Shown here piece by piece: positions 23,796 to 38,100 of a DNA stretch of 64,000 bases. This DNA comes from Ruditapes philippinarum (taxonomy: Eukaryota): positions 124,001-188,000 of the forward strand of contig NW_026859228.1 of NCBI RefSeq assembly GCF_026571515.1, written 5' to 3'. Every line of letters starts with the position of its first letter. The stretch's first letter is position 1. The position numbers and the translations under genes were made by a program. Below the pieces are notes generated by a model. It made no database searches and was not told the DNA's origin. It worked only from the letters and a program-made list of their open reading frames with translations.

Positions 23796-25949
23796 CAGCG
23801 TCCACCGGATATAGCCCCAAAAAACATCGAAAACGAAAGTAGAAAGCTGCACACCGAGTACACCCAAGGTAATGTTTTAACTTATTTCTTCATCATAACT
23901 TTATCGATTTTTCCATACTAAACAATATTGTGAAGCTAAATATGTCTAGTTTTAGAGCAGTGTTTGCTTTTCTCTGCAAATTCAATACTTTTTGTTAAAT
24001 TGGTGATAAATTGTAGCGTATTTGTTGACAATTGCGAACGATGTTGATATTTACCACTAAATCAAGCCCAAAACGCATTTGCTGTATCAAATTTCGCCGT
24101 TAATACAAACTATAGTCATTCCTCTACTAATATTTGAGTTTTCACTCTTCAACTCGAGCTGCTTTTAACAAAATTTACAAAAAACGGCATTGCCTTGTGT
24201 ACAGAGTCTAGCACGGATATGTACGGGGTGTAGTAGGTAAACAAATGTCATTTTCTGCAAAATAAATTCAGAACCAGAGCATATACACGTACGCTGATGA
24301 AGAAAACGATCAATGTCGGGAGCAAGGATTGTGAGTTGAATGATTTTAATTTTATAAAGGATAAAAATGTTTAATAAAATTATTAACATGTTACCAAACA
24401 GTAAACAGTTTCCGTCCTGCTAGACCACTTTTCATGCGTGACTATAAGTTACAATGTAATAGGAAAAATGTTAAACTCAAAAGACCACAATTTCAATCCA
24501 TATTGGAAGAACATTACATCAAATTCTATAATGTGTCTTAAACAATATCAAACCATGTTCGAGTTATGCATTGTGAACAAAACTTGATCTAAACTTGTCA
24601 TATTCGTTTATTAGTTTACCGGTCTTAAGACTTCATTGAAAAACAATAATATACAATGCTGCCGCTTATGCTGCTGCTTTTCAGAAAATGATAATAATGA
24701 CTATTCAATGATGATGACGATGATGATAATATGATGGTATTTTAGTTTTCAGTTCAACAATGCCATATCAATGAACAGCTAGAGTGTGCAGAGATATATG
24801 AAACATTGAAAGAGTCTATTCGGCATATTATAGAATATCCTTTCAATTTGGAAATTCGACATAGAGAGTTAGAAGTGAATTCATCTGATGTTTCTTCCAC
24901 AAATGCTGACATGTATTGGACTTATCTCAAGAAGATGACACATTTGCAGAGTTAGTACAGATTCTACCAGCTGTGATGACAGTGGTCAGCTAGAAGAATA
25001 TGTACTATACAACAAATTGTAGCAGAGAAACGGTATCTCAATTCTAAGTCGACAAGGCGGCTAGAACTGTTTTATAATTTTTTAAGACAGTGCTAATGCC
25101 GTTTTGTAGAAAACGACACTCGTGCATAATCTTTTAAGTGTCTGTCTGATCAATTATCGACCTCCTGTCTTATGTGTAGGTTAGTTATACATGTATATAT
25201 ATGAATATATCCCCATTCGAACCATTTTCATTCAGCGAGTTGGTCAGAAAACTCCCCAACACGTCTTATAAATACCGACAGACACTATTCAGCTTATGAT
25301 TGTCATGGTGTGACACGTAGAACAAAAACACTAAAAAGTTAAATTATTTAACAAATAACTCTTTATCCTCCTCTAATTTTTCATGTTTAGTCTGAAATGA
25401 GATTATTTCCAATTAAAAAATAATATAAAAGACTATACTTTAAAAAATATGTTACTGCTAGACTCCGTAAACATCTACTTAACTCTGTACATTAAAGTAC
25501 TACACCCCGTTCACTTGAATTTGTATTCTTTGCTAGACTCTGTACACAAGGCAAGGCCGTTTTTTTTGCAAATTTTGTTAAAAGCAGCTCGAGTTGAAGG
25601 ATGAATACTGAAACATATGTAGAGGGATGACTATAGTTTGTATTAAGGGCGGAATTTGATACAGCAAATGCATTTTGGGCTTGATTTACTGGTAAATATC
25701 AACATCGTTTGCACATGTCAACAAATAGGCTACATTTTTCACCAAGTTAACAAAAAGTATTCAATTTGCAAACAAAAGCGAATATTGCTCTAAAACTAGA
25801 AACATTTAGCTTCACAAAATTGTTTAGTTTGGAAAAATCGATGAAGTTATGATGAAGAAATAAGTTAAAACATTACCTTGGGTGTACTCGGTGTGCAGCT
25901 TTCTACTTTCGTTTTCGGTGTTTTTAGGGGCTATATCCGGTGGACGCTG
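23796..25949. mobile_element. Tc1/mariner-type non-autonomous element with ~440-bp terminal inverted repeats
   Basis: ta-CAGCGTCCACCGGATATAGCCCC...GGGGCTATATCCGGTGGACGCTG-ta. The arms run to about 24235 and 25500. No transposase ORF; absent from units 1 and 3. Confidence 0.88.
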
Positions 25950-27689
25950 TACAAAAGTGAAAACTGTCAACATAAATATACATTCTCCTAATAATTGATA
26001 TTTGATATACATGCACGCGCCTTGAGTTGTATGTAGAACTGATATCGATCATTCTTGACATATGAATTTTGTACACCTTTATATACATGAATTGTGAAAT
26101 TAGATAAAAGCCTAAATGTATATCTACATGTCGACTTGTCATGATGTGCAAACAGTATTTATCTAAATTTGTCAATACAGTTAACATAAGTTAATAATAA
26201 CTTTGTGTCCGAAAGGTAGTTTTTTGTATATGTAGTGAATATTTGTTGCGTTTGTTTTTGAAGCATGGGGGTTCCTTTTTTGTTTATTTTTTATTTTATT
26301 TTGCCCAGTTACTTATCAAATTTCCTTAGAATACCTACGCATATTGAAGCAAATTAGCAACAGATAAAAATAAAGTAGAACAAACTTTAACTTTAAAGGC
26401 ACATTATGCTTCCAAACCAAATAATTTTCTTTCCTTAGTAAGGGCAACATGAGTTTTAAAACCTTTCAATAAGGTATTTTTATAATGTTAGATCATTATA
26501 TCCTTAAGACTCAATGTATCGATAAATGTGAAAATACTTGTCATGAATGTAGCAAAATGTAAATAAATTAGGATTTTGACTTTCATACAAAATTCAAAGT
26601 TAATAAAACTGTACCAATTGCCCCCCCCCCCCGGCCCCTTCTTTTCGAAAATTATCAGAGGACACCAACAATAATTTGTTTTTTGAAAAATAAAAATTTA
26701 AGCATTTGTTGGGTGTAATGGGCCTTTAAGGAAAGAAATTAGCAAACATTATGAATGTTCAAATGTAAGTTTATATGAAATATTTATACAGTTAAAAAAG
26801 ATTTATTTTCCCAGAAAATCGCTTCTAGTGAATTAATCCGGTGGAGGATACGCGCCCTGCCCCCCCCCCCGGCATATACATATTCTGTGTCATTATTTTT
26901 AAGGCCTGGCTACAGCATTTTTAAAGGTCGTTTATATGAGGAACTTAAGTTTCCGCTAGTTATTCAAGGAAAGGTCTATCTATATTTCTAAATTTGATAC
27001 TTCTTTCATTATATTTAATCAAATGAAAATATCCTTTTATTTCAAAATATTGACCTTTTGTTCATTTAGTTATTTAATTTATTCTTACCTACCCTTTACA
27101 CACTGTATTCCCGTTAATCAGACAGATAAAGGATGCAATAATGAAATTGTTGATAGTATTAGCATTAAATGATGAAACTGATGGTCAAAATTTTATAAAA
27201 ATACAAACGATTAAATCATCTTAATAAGATGTGTACGGCAAAAATAGAGGGTGAAAACTGACGAAGCATTAACGGCACACTTTGTCCCAGAAACAAAAAA
27301 AAGAAGATTTTATTCTTTTGGAAGTGCAAACATGAATTTTATGATGTAAAATAATGATTTTAGAGATTATAAGATGTTTGTTACATGAAGAAAATAATGA
27401 TAAATGTGAAATAATAAAAGTAGCAAAATGTAAACAACATAGAATTTTGACTTCCATACAAAATACTTATTCATTATAACTGTACATATTGTCAAAAAGG
27501 AAGAGATTGAAAAAATGGTTCAGGTTAATGTTCAATGAGTAACTTTTTTGGATACTGTAAAAGTACACCAAAATTAAAAAAAAAAAATTTTGAGAAATAA
27601 AAATTAAAACATTTCTAAAGAATAATGGACCTTTAAATAAAAACAAAATGTAAAACATTATTTTGATGTAATATTGTTTTCAGGCATGA

Positions 27690-29397
27690 ATGGAGGTCTC
27701 CGGGAAACTTGGTCACGACGACTCGACATTAGTATGTATCCCGTGTGATAGAGATGCTGTAAAGGAACCAGCTTATGGTTTTTGCCAGGACTGCCAGGAG
27801 CATCTATGTGAAACATGCTACAAACATCACAGACGTGCACGTCCATTACGAAATCATGTCCTCATTGACAAAGAATCCATGCCAAAGACCCGGGCAATTG
27901 CATCTTCAACATCGGACGATACGGTGGATCATTGCGAGAAACACCTTGATAAACCATTAGAATTCTATTGTAGAGATCACAAACTGGTGGCTTGTTATGT
28001 TTGTGTGACACTGGAACACAAACAGTGTAAGGTGAACTATATTCCTGATGTTTCTGAAAACATGTCTGATGAGATGACTGATGTATTAGAACAGTTGGAA
28101 TCGTTTATTAAAAGATGTAAATCGAAGGTAGAATATGTTAATAAAGCTGCGCGAAATCTAGACCAGAGTCATGCGAAAGTTGTTGAAGATATCAAAGTTT
28201 TCAGGAAAGAAATAAATGAATGTTTGGATAGAATGGAAAACCAAATATTCAAAGAAGCTGACTTAATGGTAAACAGTGAAAAAAGTAAAGAGGAAACCGT
28301 ATTAAATGCTTGCTTAGAGATAACTGAAGAACTTGAATGTTCACATTCGTTGTTAATTGCATTAAGAGAAGAAAACAAGCAAAACAAGCTTTTCATTGAG
28401 ATGAAAAACGCCGAAAAACGTCTACCGATATTGACAGATAAGGAAGTGCAAGTATTAGATGCAAATACAACAATCGAATGTATCCAATTTACAAGGAACA
28501 CGAGCCTCTTAGATCGGCTGAAGAACGAGATTGAATTTGGAACATTGTTAACATGTGTACAACCGTCACCAGATAAAACATTAAACTTACAATATGATCA
28601 TACACTAAACGTGAAGTTTAAATCCGATAAGAAACAATGCCATATCTTGGGTATAGCTATGATTGCTCCTATGAAAATAATTGTTGCTGACAATGCCAAC
28701 AACAGTATCAAAATGATAGACGTTGAGACAAAATCAGTTATAATAGAGACAATTTTGTCTTCACAGCCATATGATGTTATAGCTATTCCAGGAAATAAAC
28801 TAGCTGTGACTTTAACAAATGAAAAATGTATTCAGTTATTGTCTCATACTGAAGCAGAATTTTCATTAGATCGACGTATAGCTGTAGGAGAAAATTGCAG
28901 TGGTGTAGCTTATTGCCAGAATAAGTTTGTTGTCTCTTGCAGGGCATCAAAGAAAATAATTATTATCAATGATGAAGGAAATATTCTCAATGTCCTTGGT
29001 TCTCCTGCTATGTTTTATGGACCAGTCAGAGTTTCGGTCCGCAATGATGAGACGTTCCTATATGTTTCGGATACGGATTTTGAAAACAATAGCAAGGTTG
29101 TGAAAATTGATTGGGAAGGAAAACAAATTCGAAGACTCAAGATGTAAATCTCCTTTGGCCCTACAACTTTTAGAAGATAAAACGACACTCGTGTGTTACA
29201 GAGACAGTAACACTGTCCTGAGATTTTCGAACAGCTTAAAAAGATGTCATACTATTGGACTAGAGAAAGCAAATATTTATTCCCCAACAGCTGTAACATA
29301 CTGTGACAGAGAACAAAAACTGTACGTAAGTTGTTCATCAAAGAAAGAAAATTGGACGGCTGATATTGTTAAAGTATTCCGTGTGAATTGGATCTAG
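27690..29397 (+). pseudogene. TRIM-like copy 2, frameshifted by an 8-bp deletion at about 29122
   Basis: ORFs 27690-29147 and 29107-29397 join. Copy 1 reads GGAAA[TGTTATCA]ACAAA where copy 2 reads GGAAAACAAA. Length 1708 = 1716 - 8. Confidence 0.9.
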
Positions 29398-29694
29398 GCG
29401 TTACAATGAATATTGTTGTCATACGTAACAGGTGTGTAAGTTTCATAAACGTATAAAATTTTCACTTCACAATAAAACGTTGAAGAATCGAATAATTGTC
29501 AATGTTGACATTCTTCACATTTTCTATTGCAAACCGATTTTATTCCCTAACCATAAATGGTGCTTTTAAATATATATAGAACATATATCTTGTGACAGTT
29601 TTGCAATTTTGGATTTGACTAGAAATGTTGATTTAACAAGCATGTTACGTTGATATGAATATGTTACACAAATGATAAAAATTAGTTTCTGACA

Positions 29695-29930
29695 CATATT
29701 AAAAGATTCAGGATATGGAGGTCCTTATGGTCTACAACCATTCGAAGATGAGACGATACTTGTGTGTTTCCAAGATAACGATATTTCTTGAGACAGGCTA
29801 GCAGCTTTAAGAGACATTGAATTATTTGACTAGAGGATATTTATCATCTATTAGCTAAAACATTCTTTGACATAGAATATATGAATGCTGAAATTGTCAA
29901 ATCAAGTGTTTTAATATTAAACGGATATAA
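29695..29930 (+). pseudogene. Decayed duplicate of the TRIM-like 3' coding end
   Basis: TCAGGATATGGAGGTCCTTATGGTCTACAACCATTCGAAGATGAGACGATACTTGTGTGTTTCCAAG closely matches copy 4 at about 42437-42503. Confidence 0.8.
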
Positions 29931-30859
29931 ACATAACCAGAAATAATATAACGTCATAAACATCAACATAATGTGTTTATTTGAACCCTTCGCACTTTGT
30001 AGCAAAGAAAGTTGGCTATTGTTTTACAAAATAATGGTTGACAATTTACACAATTTGACTATAATAATTTAATATGAAAAAAGTACATCTTTTTTATATT
30101 TCTACTGTTCTCAACTAGAAGTGAATTGTATATATTAGCATTTAATTTTCATCGCCATATGTAACAAAATATTTGGTGATTGGTATATAAAATTAAATAT
30201 AATTAAAGAAATAAAAGGAATTGTATTAATATCGTCATTCTGATTTTAATTCTTTCCTGTTAAGTAAGGGATGTTTATATGCTTCTGTTTGTAAACCAGC
30301 TGTAGGGAATTATTTACATTTAAAGGGAGACACAGGCAAAATTTTCATTTCTTCATTTTGATTTTTTCATTCATTATTCTGTAAACGTGACTAAGCAGTC
30401 ACAGGAACAAAACTTTTCTCCTAATAGTCCTTATAGGAAGAAAATGTAGGTTTCCTTACTTGATCCACGTGGGTCAGGTAAGAGCGTTAAGATTTCACAA
30501 TAGTTGTCAAAGTGAACTTTGGAGACGTTAAAAAAACATGTCAAATGAATTACTTAGACTTGTTTCAATAATACATATCCACAACAGTTATAATTGTAAG
30601 TTTCAGTGTTTGTTCAAGCTACACGACTTGTTTTTAAACTACTTGGTGATTCCGTCGGCGCCTAAATTTCGTTTAACTCAACATATAAATATATTTACGA
30701 TTCAAACCCAAAATATATAGAATTTATACAGAAATTCATGCCGAGAATTTATAAAATGTCATTTTGATGTGATTAGAGTACACAATATCATTTTAATATT
30801 TTGTCATTAATTTGCCTGAGTATCACTTTAAGGTTTGTTTAGCGATGATCAAGCCTACG

Positions 30860-31510
30860 TTTATATCCCCGCCTTTTTTTTCTAAACAAATGGTCAAAGC
30901 TTAACATGATTTTATAGCGTATATTTTGTGTCCGGTTCATAACTTTTTCATATATCAAGGGATTTGAATTTTAGAATCAATTGGCACTAATGTTCACAAT
31001 AATAAGATGACGTGTCATGTGCAATACCCGGAACCCTATCTCCAATGTCAATGTCATAAATGTAGATCAATGATTAACATGGTCTATTGAGTATATTTGT
31101 GTCCGGTCAATAATTTTTTCATCGTTTATGTGATTCTTAAATTACTTATAGAAGTGTTTACAATAATAAGATGATGTGTCATGCGTAACACCCGCACCCT
31201 ACCTTTACGGTCAATGTCACACTTGAAGGTCAAGCTTAACATGGTCTGTCATAGGATATATTTTGTGTCCGGTCCATACCATTTCATGAATCAATCAAGG
31301 TTACACTTACATTTCAAAGGTAATCGTGATCTTTTTTTTTTCTTTAACGAGAATAACTTCAAAAGTATTAGAGTTTCCAGAAAAAGAACCACAACTCCGT
31401 ATAGAATAATTGTTATTACACTGAAAGTCCAGATCCATACCTCAATCTTTTGAAAAAGCACAGTGTGATGCTCAATGTAAAACTTCCCTTAGGCGGGGGA
31501 TTTATATCCA
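30860..31510 (+). mobile_element. HINE-like element with degenerate internal repeats
   Basis: TTTATATCCCCGCC at the left end and GGCGGGGGATTTATA at the right end, with GTGTCCGGT..CACAATAATAAGATGA.GTGTCATG repeats inside. Confidence 0.5.
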
Positions 31511-34030
31511 ACAAAAGTGCTTTATTAGTCAATAAGATTTTAGAGTGGTGATGGTGGTTTTAAGGCAGTTGGACTATTCGTGAGATCTATGGGTGAGAAT
31601 AATAGTATTGAATGTTTCGTTGTTGTTTTTTCCGGCTATTTTACCTGACCACTTTTTATGGATATACTATGCTCATCCTTGAGTAAAACATTTTAATCAC
31701 AGAGATTTATTGAAATGTATGAACTTCTTACTGAATATGCTTAATTTGATTAAAAGAATGAAACAATTGTGTACGTGTATGGGAAGCTGCGTTCCCTATT
31801 ACAAGTAAATTAAAGTTGGTGTTTGCCTAAAGAACTGATTTTTATTAACGCTACATATTCATATTTTGACCGCCTTTAGTGTATATTATTTTAAACATTA
31901 TAGATCCACTTTGTGAACAGTCAGAACACGTTTATGTTAATTTACAAAGAGACTTAATAGCAATTATCAATATTTTCTAATATCAAATTTGAGCATAGTA
32001 TATCTCTGAGGTCTACTCTTCAGAGAGACATGCTCATGTAATGTTTTTTATGTTTAACATACTCCATACTCCCTCTTCTTCTCATTAAAATCATCAACTC
32101 AGTTTTCTTATATTATTATTTGGTCAAGCTTCAAATGATTGAGGTCACATAATTCGGAACTTTTGACCTCAAAATCAATACATAAATAAATTGGGCTTGA
32201 CTAATTGAACCTCCACACTAAATCTTAGGTCAAGATATTTTTTTGAGTTTTATATATTGATCAGAAAAGCATTTTGTGGTCAAGGTCACAGTGACCTTCA
32301 AGCTATTAACCTTGCAGTATAAGGTGGTCATCTACTACGTATGACAAAATGTATGTACTATATATCAAAATGATATGAAGATTTTGATCGCATAAGCTTT
32401 CTTTTCAATGTTACAACTACATCAACCTTCAGATATTTGCCCTAAATACTAACCGGTGTCATCTAATAGTCAATACCAACCTCCAACTAAATATATGGAT
32501 TCTTGGCCTTGGCATTTGCTAGTTATAGGTTGGACAAACATTTTTGCGAGGTCCCAGTGACAATTATAACCTAGGGTTTCTCAAGTCACTGTGATCTTAA
32601 ATTTAAGCGACTGTTGTCTAGCATTGTCTAATCATCGTCTGGGTTTACCGACAACATACAAAGCAATTTTTATGGAAGAGGATGGGGAATACTAGTAATA
32701 GTTCTTTAAAAGCTTAATCATTTTAAAATGTTATCATTTTGTAGTCTCTAAAGTTGAAGCAAGTTATTTATAGTTATATCTTCACTTTGTGAAAGAAGTA
32801 GTTTTTATCATTGATATTTTAAAACCTTGCTTTAATTGAACACGTATCATGACAAAGTATTCATTTGAAATGAACGTATAAGTATAGAAATCAACGTCAA
32901 AGTAAAGGTCGAAAGGCTGTACAGCTCTTTGCTTGTGGTGTTTTATTTTTCCCTCAAATGATTTTCGTCAAGTGCAAACTTTATAACGTCTTTAGCATTT
33001 TCTAACAATTTGATATGTCTTAATAAATGATATAATTAGTAAATTGTAAAATTCATTCGCATTTGACATTAAAACATGGTTATTGTTATCAAACATTTTG
33101 ATTGCATTTGTTTAATTCATGCATCTGTCATTTATTCTAAATGTGTGATTGCATTGAAATTGAAATAATCTTGTTATTTTAACTTATAGTTTCCTCATTA
33201 TTTATTACAAATCAAGTTATGAACACATTTTTTAAATTAATCAACATAACTTCAGTACCAAACAACCCATTTATCAGTGCTTGAAAGTAATCAGTATCAT
33301 TGATGATAAATATTACTTTTGAGGATGTGATGAAAATATGGTAAAGTAAAGTAACACTTGTCTACTTTTTAAATTTATCTCTAAATAATCCGTTGAATGT
33401 GTTTATTTATTTCAGTTCAAAGAAAGGAGATGGATGAATCCTCGGAATCATTAGTCACAACAAAATTACATGAAAATAACAGACTCGGTTTGATAGAGTC
33501 TGTACATGTGTGATTAATAATAAATGCAACATGTCTCACCACCACTAGCACCGGCTTGAGCGACGGTACTAAGTTTTTAACACTTAAAAGTGCTGGAATC
33601 AATGATCCTGAAGCCATAACTTAAAGATCAAGATAGAAATTGCGACTTTCTAACGACATTATCTAGTCAAACAGAACCACGGGAAAGACATTCATGCAGG
33701 GTCATGATGTCATCTTTACATAAAGATATTTCTATAATACCTAAGTTCGTTCTCATATCAATTCAATTGATCGTTTTATTCATCAAAGGACAAAACTGCA
33801 ACACATTCGAATGTTACTTAACTGTCGCGATTGTTTCCCTGTGTAGTGTCAAGTTATTGGTAAAGTAAGACTAAATCTGTAACAGAAGGAATTCTTTAAA
33901 AGTTCGAGCAACATTGTAATACGGATATGTGCTTAAATTAATATTGCACATATTTCATAAGAATACGAACAATTGTATAAACTTAACTTTATTTACACAG
34001 AATTTATTAAAGATTAATTTTTCATACAAC

Positions 34031-34109
34031 AAGAGTGCATTCCCCTTTTTTTGAAACTTCCGCGTTCCAAAGTTCAATCAATACGTTGCTTGTTGGTTAG
34101 AAGGTAAGA
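34031..34109 (+). promoter_or_regulatory. Promoter / non-coding exon 1 module of copy 3 (donor GT at 34104)
   Basis: ACTTCCGCGTTCCA at 34056, AAG|GTAAG, and GTCACGTGAC at 34250-34259. Confidence 0.6.
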
Positions 34110-35917
34110 AATTTAATAATATTAATATCATACTTGCAATAAAATCATATTTCAAACGTTTGTCAACAAGATGAATTTAAGTACATAATACTGTTGTGTT
34201 TATAACGTTCTTTTATGATAAATATGTATATTGATAGATTTCACAACATGTCACGTGACTTAAGTACATTGTAAATAAACGATCGGGTGAAAGATAAAAT
34301 TTCTATTCAATACAGTTAACCTTAGTTTATAATACCTTTGTGTCCGAAAGGTAGTTATTTGATATGCAGTGAATATTTGTTGTGTTTGCTTTTGTTGCAC
34401 GGGGATTCTTTATTTGTTTATTTTTTATTTCATTTTGCCCAATTACTTATCAAATTCCCTTCGAAAACCTACACATATTGAAACAAATTGACAATAGATG
34501 AAAATAGAGTAGAATAGATTTTAACTTTAAAGGCAAATTATGCTTCAAAACCAAATAAATTTCTTTCCTTAAAAAGGGCAACATGACTTCTAAAACCTTC
34601 CAATAAGGTATCTATTATCATTATCCCCTTAAGACTCAATGTATCGATAAATGTGAAAATATTCGTCATCAGTGTAGCAAAATGTAAATAAATTAGGATT
34701 TTGACTTTCATACAAAATCAAAGTCACTAAAACTGTACCAGTTGCCCCCCACCCCGGCCCCTCTAAAAAAAAGCAACAGAAGCAACAGTTCAAGTAATTG
34801 ACCAATTAGTAACTTTTCGAAATTATAAGAGGGCACAAAAAATTTTGAGAAATAAAAATAAAGCATTTATTAGGTGTAATGGGCCTTAAGGAAAGACATT
34901 AGTAAACATTATGTATGTTCAAATATTAGTTAAACATTAAAGATTATTATTAAAATACCTAGAAAATCGCTCCTAGTAAAATAATATGTGGGAGCATGCG
35001 TGCACTACACCCGCATATACATATTCTGTTTCATTATTTTCAAGGCCTGGCTACGGTATTGTTAGAGGTCGTTTATTGCGCAAATGAACTTTAGTATCCT
35101 TTGTTGTTCAAGATAAGATCTATCTTCATTTCGAAAAAATTTGATACCTTTTTTCATTTTACTTAATCTGACCAAATGACAATATCGTATTGTTTTGTTG
35201 TTGTTTTTTCTTCGTTTTTTTAGTTAATGACCTTTAGATCATTTAGTTATTTTATCTAATTTTACTTACCCCTAACGCTATGCACGTCCGTAAACTAAAC
35301 AGATAAAGGGTGTAATGATTAGTTTGTTGACAGAATAAATTTGGTAAACAAGATCAACAAGGAAAGGCGGCGTTCAACGCACGCAACCCCCACACGATCC
35401 AGTAACTTGAGTCAGTTATAAATGTTGAAATTGTCAAAGTTTTATAAAAAAATAAACAATGAAATCATCATAATAAGATGTGTACGGTTTAAGGCAAAAT
35501 TGAAGTAAAAACTGATTGAAGCATAACAGGCAAACTATGTCCCAGAAAGAAATAAAGTTTTACTTCTTTAGAAATGGCAAACATGAATTTTATAATGTTA
35601 AAATAATGTTTTTGGAGTCTGTTAGATGCTAGTTATATGAAGGAAGTAACGATAAATGTGAAATAATTTGTCTTAAAGGTAGCAAAATGCAAACAACATA
35701 GTAATTATACAAAATACTAACTGTACATATTACAAAAAAAGAACAGATGAAAAAGATGGTAGTTCAGGCAATTGACAAATGAGTAACATTTTGGATACAC
35801 AATAATTAAAGATTTTTGAGAAACAAAAATAAAAAACATTTCTGAAGATTAATGGGCCATTGAATATAATCAAAATATGAAACATTCTTTTAATGTAATT
35901 ATTGTTTTCAGGTATAA

Positions 35918-37633
35918 ATGGAGGTCCCCGGGAAACTTGGTCATGAAGACTCTACATTACTATGTCTTCCGTGTGATAGAGATGGTTTGAAGGAAACAGT
36001 TTATGGTTTTTGCCAGGATTGCCAGGAGCACCTATGTGAAACATGCTTCAAACATCACCGACGTGCACGTCCATTAAGAAATCATGTCCTCATTGACAAA
36101 GAGTCCATGCCAAAGACGCCGGCAATCGCACCTACAACATCGGACGATACGGCGGGTCATTGCGAGAAACACCTTGATAAACCATTAGAATTCTATTGTA
36201 GAGATCACAAACTAGTGGCTTGTTATGTTTGTGTGACTCTGGAACACAAACAGTGTGATGTGGACTATATTCCTGATGTTTCTGGAAACATGTCTGAAGA
36301 GATGACTGATATATTAGAACAAATGGAATCGTTGATTACAAAATGTAAATCGGATGTAGAATATGTAAGCAAAGCTGCGCAAAATCTAGATCTGAGTCAT
36401 GCGAAAGTTGTTGAAGATATCAAAGTTTTCAGGAAAGAAATAAATGAATGTTTGGATAGAATGGAAACCCAGATATTAAAAGAAACTGACACAACTGTAA
36501 AAAATGCGAAATGTAAACAGGAAACCGTATTAAATGCTTGCTTAGAGATAACTGAAGAACTTGAATGTTCACATTCGTTGTTAATTGCATTAAGAGAAGA
36601 AAACAAGCAAAACAAGCTTTTCATTGAGATGAAAAACGCCGAAAAACGTCTGTCGATATTGACAGATAAGGAAGTGCAAGTATCAGATGCAAATGAAACA
36701 ATCAAATGTATCCAATTTACAAGGAACACGAGCCTCTTAGATCGACTGAAGAATGAGAATGAATTTGGAAAATTGTTAACATGTGTACAACCGTCTTCAG
36801 ATAAAACATTAAATTTACAATATGATGATACACTAAACGTGAAGTATAAATCCGATAAGAAAGAATGTAACATCACCGGTATAGCTATGATTGCTCCTAT
36901 GAAAATTATTGTTGCTGACAATTACAACAACAGTATCAAAATGATTGATGTTGAGACAAAATCAGTTATAACAGAGACAATTTTGTCTTCTCAACCAAAT
37001 GATGTTATAACTATTCCAGGAAATAAACTAGCTGTGACTTTAACAAATGAAAAATGTATTCAGTTATTGTCTCATACTGAAGCAGAACTTTCATTAGATC
37101 GACGTATAGCTGTAGGAGAATATTGCAATGGTGTAGCTTATTGCCAGAATAAGTATGTTGTCTCTTGCTGGGCATCAAAGAAAATAATTATAATCAATCA
37201 TGAAGGTGATATTCTCAATGACCGTGGTTCTCTTGCTAGGTTTTATGGACCAGTCCGAGTTTCCGTCAGCAATGATGAAAAGTTCCTATATATTTCAGAT
37301 ACGGATTCCGAAAACAATGGCAAGGTTGTGCAAATTGATTGGGAAGGAAATGTTAAGAGCATTTCTAACGACTCGGAATGTAAAGTTCCTTTTGGTCTTC
37401 AAATGTTAGAAGATGACACGGCACTTGTGTGTTACGGAGACAGTAACACTATTCTGAGACTGTCAAGCAGCTTAAAATGATGTGACATTATTGGACTAGA
37501 GGTAGCAAATATTTATAGCCCAACAGCTGTATCATACTTTGACAGAGAACAAAAACTGTACGTAAGTTGTTCATCAATGAAAGGAAAATGGAAGGCTGAT
37601 ATTGTTAAAATATTCAATGTGTATTGGACCTAG
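35918..37633 (+). pseudogene. TRIM-like copy 3, premature TGA (from AGA) at 37478-37480
   Basis: 520-aa ORF. The frame continues in register to the homologous TAG at 37631-37633 (total 1716 nt, as in copy 1). The stop removes the last blade. Confidence 0.88.
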
Positions 37634-37842
37634 GCGTCACAAAAACTATTGACGTCATTGAATAAACTCTTACAGAAATTGTGTGTACCTTTCATAAACG
37701 GATAATATATGACATTAATTAAGACGTTTAAGAATCGTATAATTTTCAATGTTGACATTCTTCACATATAAAGAAAATATACATTGCAACAGTTTCGAAT
37801 TTTAACAATCTTGTAACGTTGATATGAACATGTTACACAATT

Positions 37843-38100
37843 ATCAGATACATGTTTGAGCAACAGTAAGAATGTTTTAAAATTGGTTGTGAAGGGAATT
37901 GCATGAACGTTTTTGAAGAAACAGGATCTTTATGTTTATGGTACTATATGATCTATAACTGATACCTGTGTGTTTCAAAGGCAGCGATACTTCTTGAAAC
38001 CGCCTGGCAGCTTAAACAGATATGGTATTATTAGACTAGGGAAAGCTATCATCCATAAGCTGTAACATTCTTTGAGGAATAAATGAATGCTAGTATTGTT
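37843..38100 (+). pseudogene. Decayed duplicate of the TRIM-like 3' coding end
   Basis: Close paralogue of 18215-18495, truncated at about 38100. Confidence 0.75.

Noticed and set aside
29110-29130. Programmed ribosomal frameshift in copy 2
   Set aside because: Alignment shows a plain 8-bp deletion relative to copy 1, with no conserved slippery site in the other copies.
37478-37480. Selenocysteine or programmed readthrough at the copy 3 TGA
   Set aside because: The homologous codon is Arg (AGA), not Cys. The context is TGA-TGT rather than TGA-CTA, and I recognised no SECIS.
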